Origin: Octopus vulgaris | Lineage: Eukaryota | Direction: 5' to 3' | Assembly (NCBI GenBank): GCA_951406725.2 | Contig: OX597816.1 | Location: 79,360,001 to 79,424,000 of the forward strand | Length of the DNA: 64,000 nt | In this document: positions 63,601 through 64,000 of the stretch, in pieces | Layout of the letters: each line of letters begins with the position of its first letter | Position numbering within the stretch: position 1 is the stretch's first letter | Program-made: the position numbers and the translations under genes | Notes under the pieces: generated by a model | Databases searched by the model: none | What the model was told of the DNA's origin: nothing | Seen by the model: only the letters and a program-made list of their open reading frames with translations

Positions 63601-64000
63601 GAGACAACTTCCAGGTGACTGCCCACCTATTCTCGTACAGAAAAAGTTTTGACAGATGATCCTGCTGAAGCTGAGAGACATCCACTTGACTTTCTAGACC
63701 CTTTGACACCATCAGGAATGCCTTCTTATAAATTGAGTTTAAAACCCGGCTCAATAGTAATACTTCTTCATAACATTTCTATCCAGAATGGACTCTGCAA
63801 TGGTACAAGACTGGAAGAGAACTCTGTTTCCTGTCCGTTTGTCATATGCCATGGCTATTAAGAAATCACAGGAAAAGACATTTGAGAAGGTGGGATTGTT
63901 CTAACCTCAGCCAGTGTTCAGTCACGGGCAGTTCTATGTGGCATACTCTAGAGCTCAAAAACTCTCAGATGTAAGGGTTAAGGTGATGGAGACAGACAGA
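60657..64000 (+). mobile_element. Decayed Helitron Rep/helicase with nested insertions, running off the window end
   Basis: Rep: ILPSSFTG.PRNM, PDLFMTYACNP, VIEFQKRGLPHCHML, IKYIFKYMYKG. Pif1-like helicase: PSGMP..L.LK.G, GLCNGTRL, VFSHGQFYVA.SR. Many stops and frameshifts. Confidence 0.92.
63047..63251. repeat. Inverted repeat of about 63 bp (63047-63110 / 63189-63251), MITE-like
   Basis: tgctactttt...catttcttcagaa...atttactattgttgtt and its imperfect reverse complement. Confidence 0.75.

Overview
Repeat-rich, AT-rich animal genomic DNA. The SINE and RTE families and microsatellite load resemble an Octopus (cephalopod) genome; this taxonomy is inference only. The main content is one 5'-incomplete + strand gene that the ORF track only partly shows. 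I reconstructed 20 GT-AG exons (1154-57981, 3146 coding nt, about 1048 aa, one continuous frame). They encode a mosaic serine protease, (MAM-LDLa)x3-SRCR-LDLa-LDLa-SRCR-S1 protease. The His/Asp/Ser triad is intact, but the activation site is atypical (ESN|IKYG) and position 189 is Pro. The introns hold many mobile elements: (1) a Penelope-like element with about 1.15 kb inverted pseudo-LTRs, each carrying a hammerhead ribozyme motif, with a mariner inserted in one arm; (2) a CR1-like LINE whose reading frame begins with a Myb/SANT-like domain and lacks almost all of the endonuclease; (3) a young RTE with a PHD-like finger and a 440 bp foldback duplication; (4) two hAT MITEs, a Gypsy relic, a non-autonomous Helitron and many SINEs. 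A decayed Helitron Rep/helicase lies downstream of the gene. All calls were made by eye, with no database searches.
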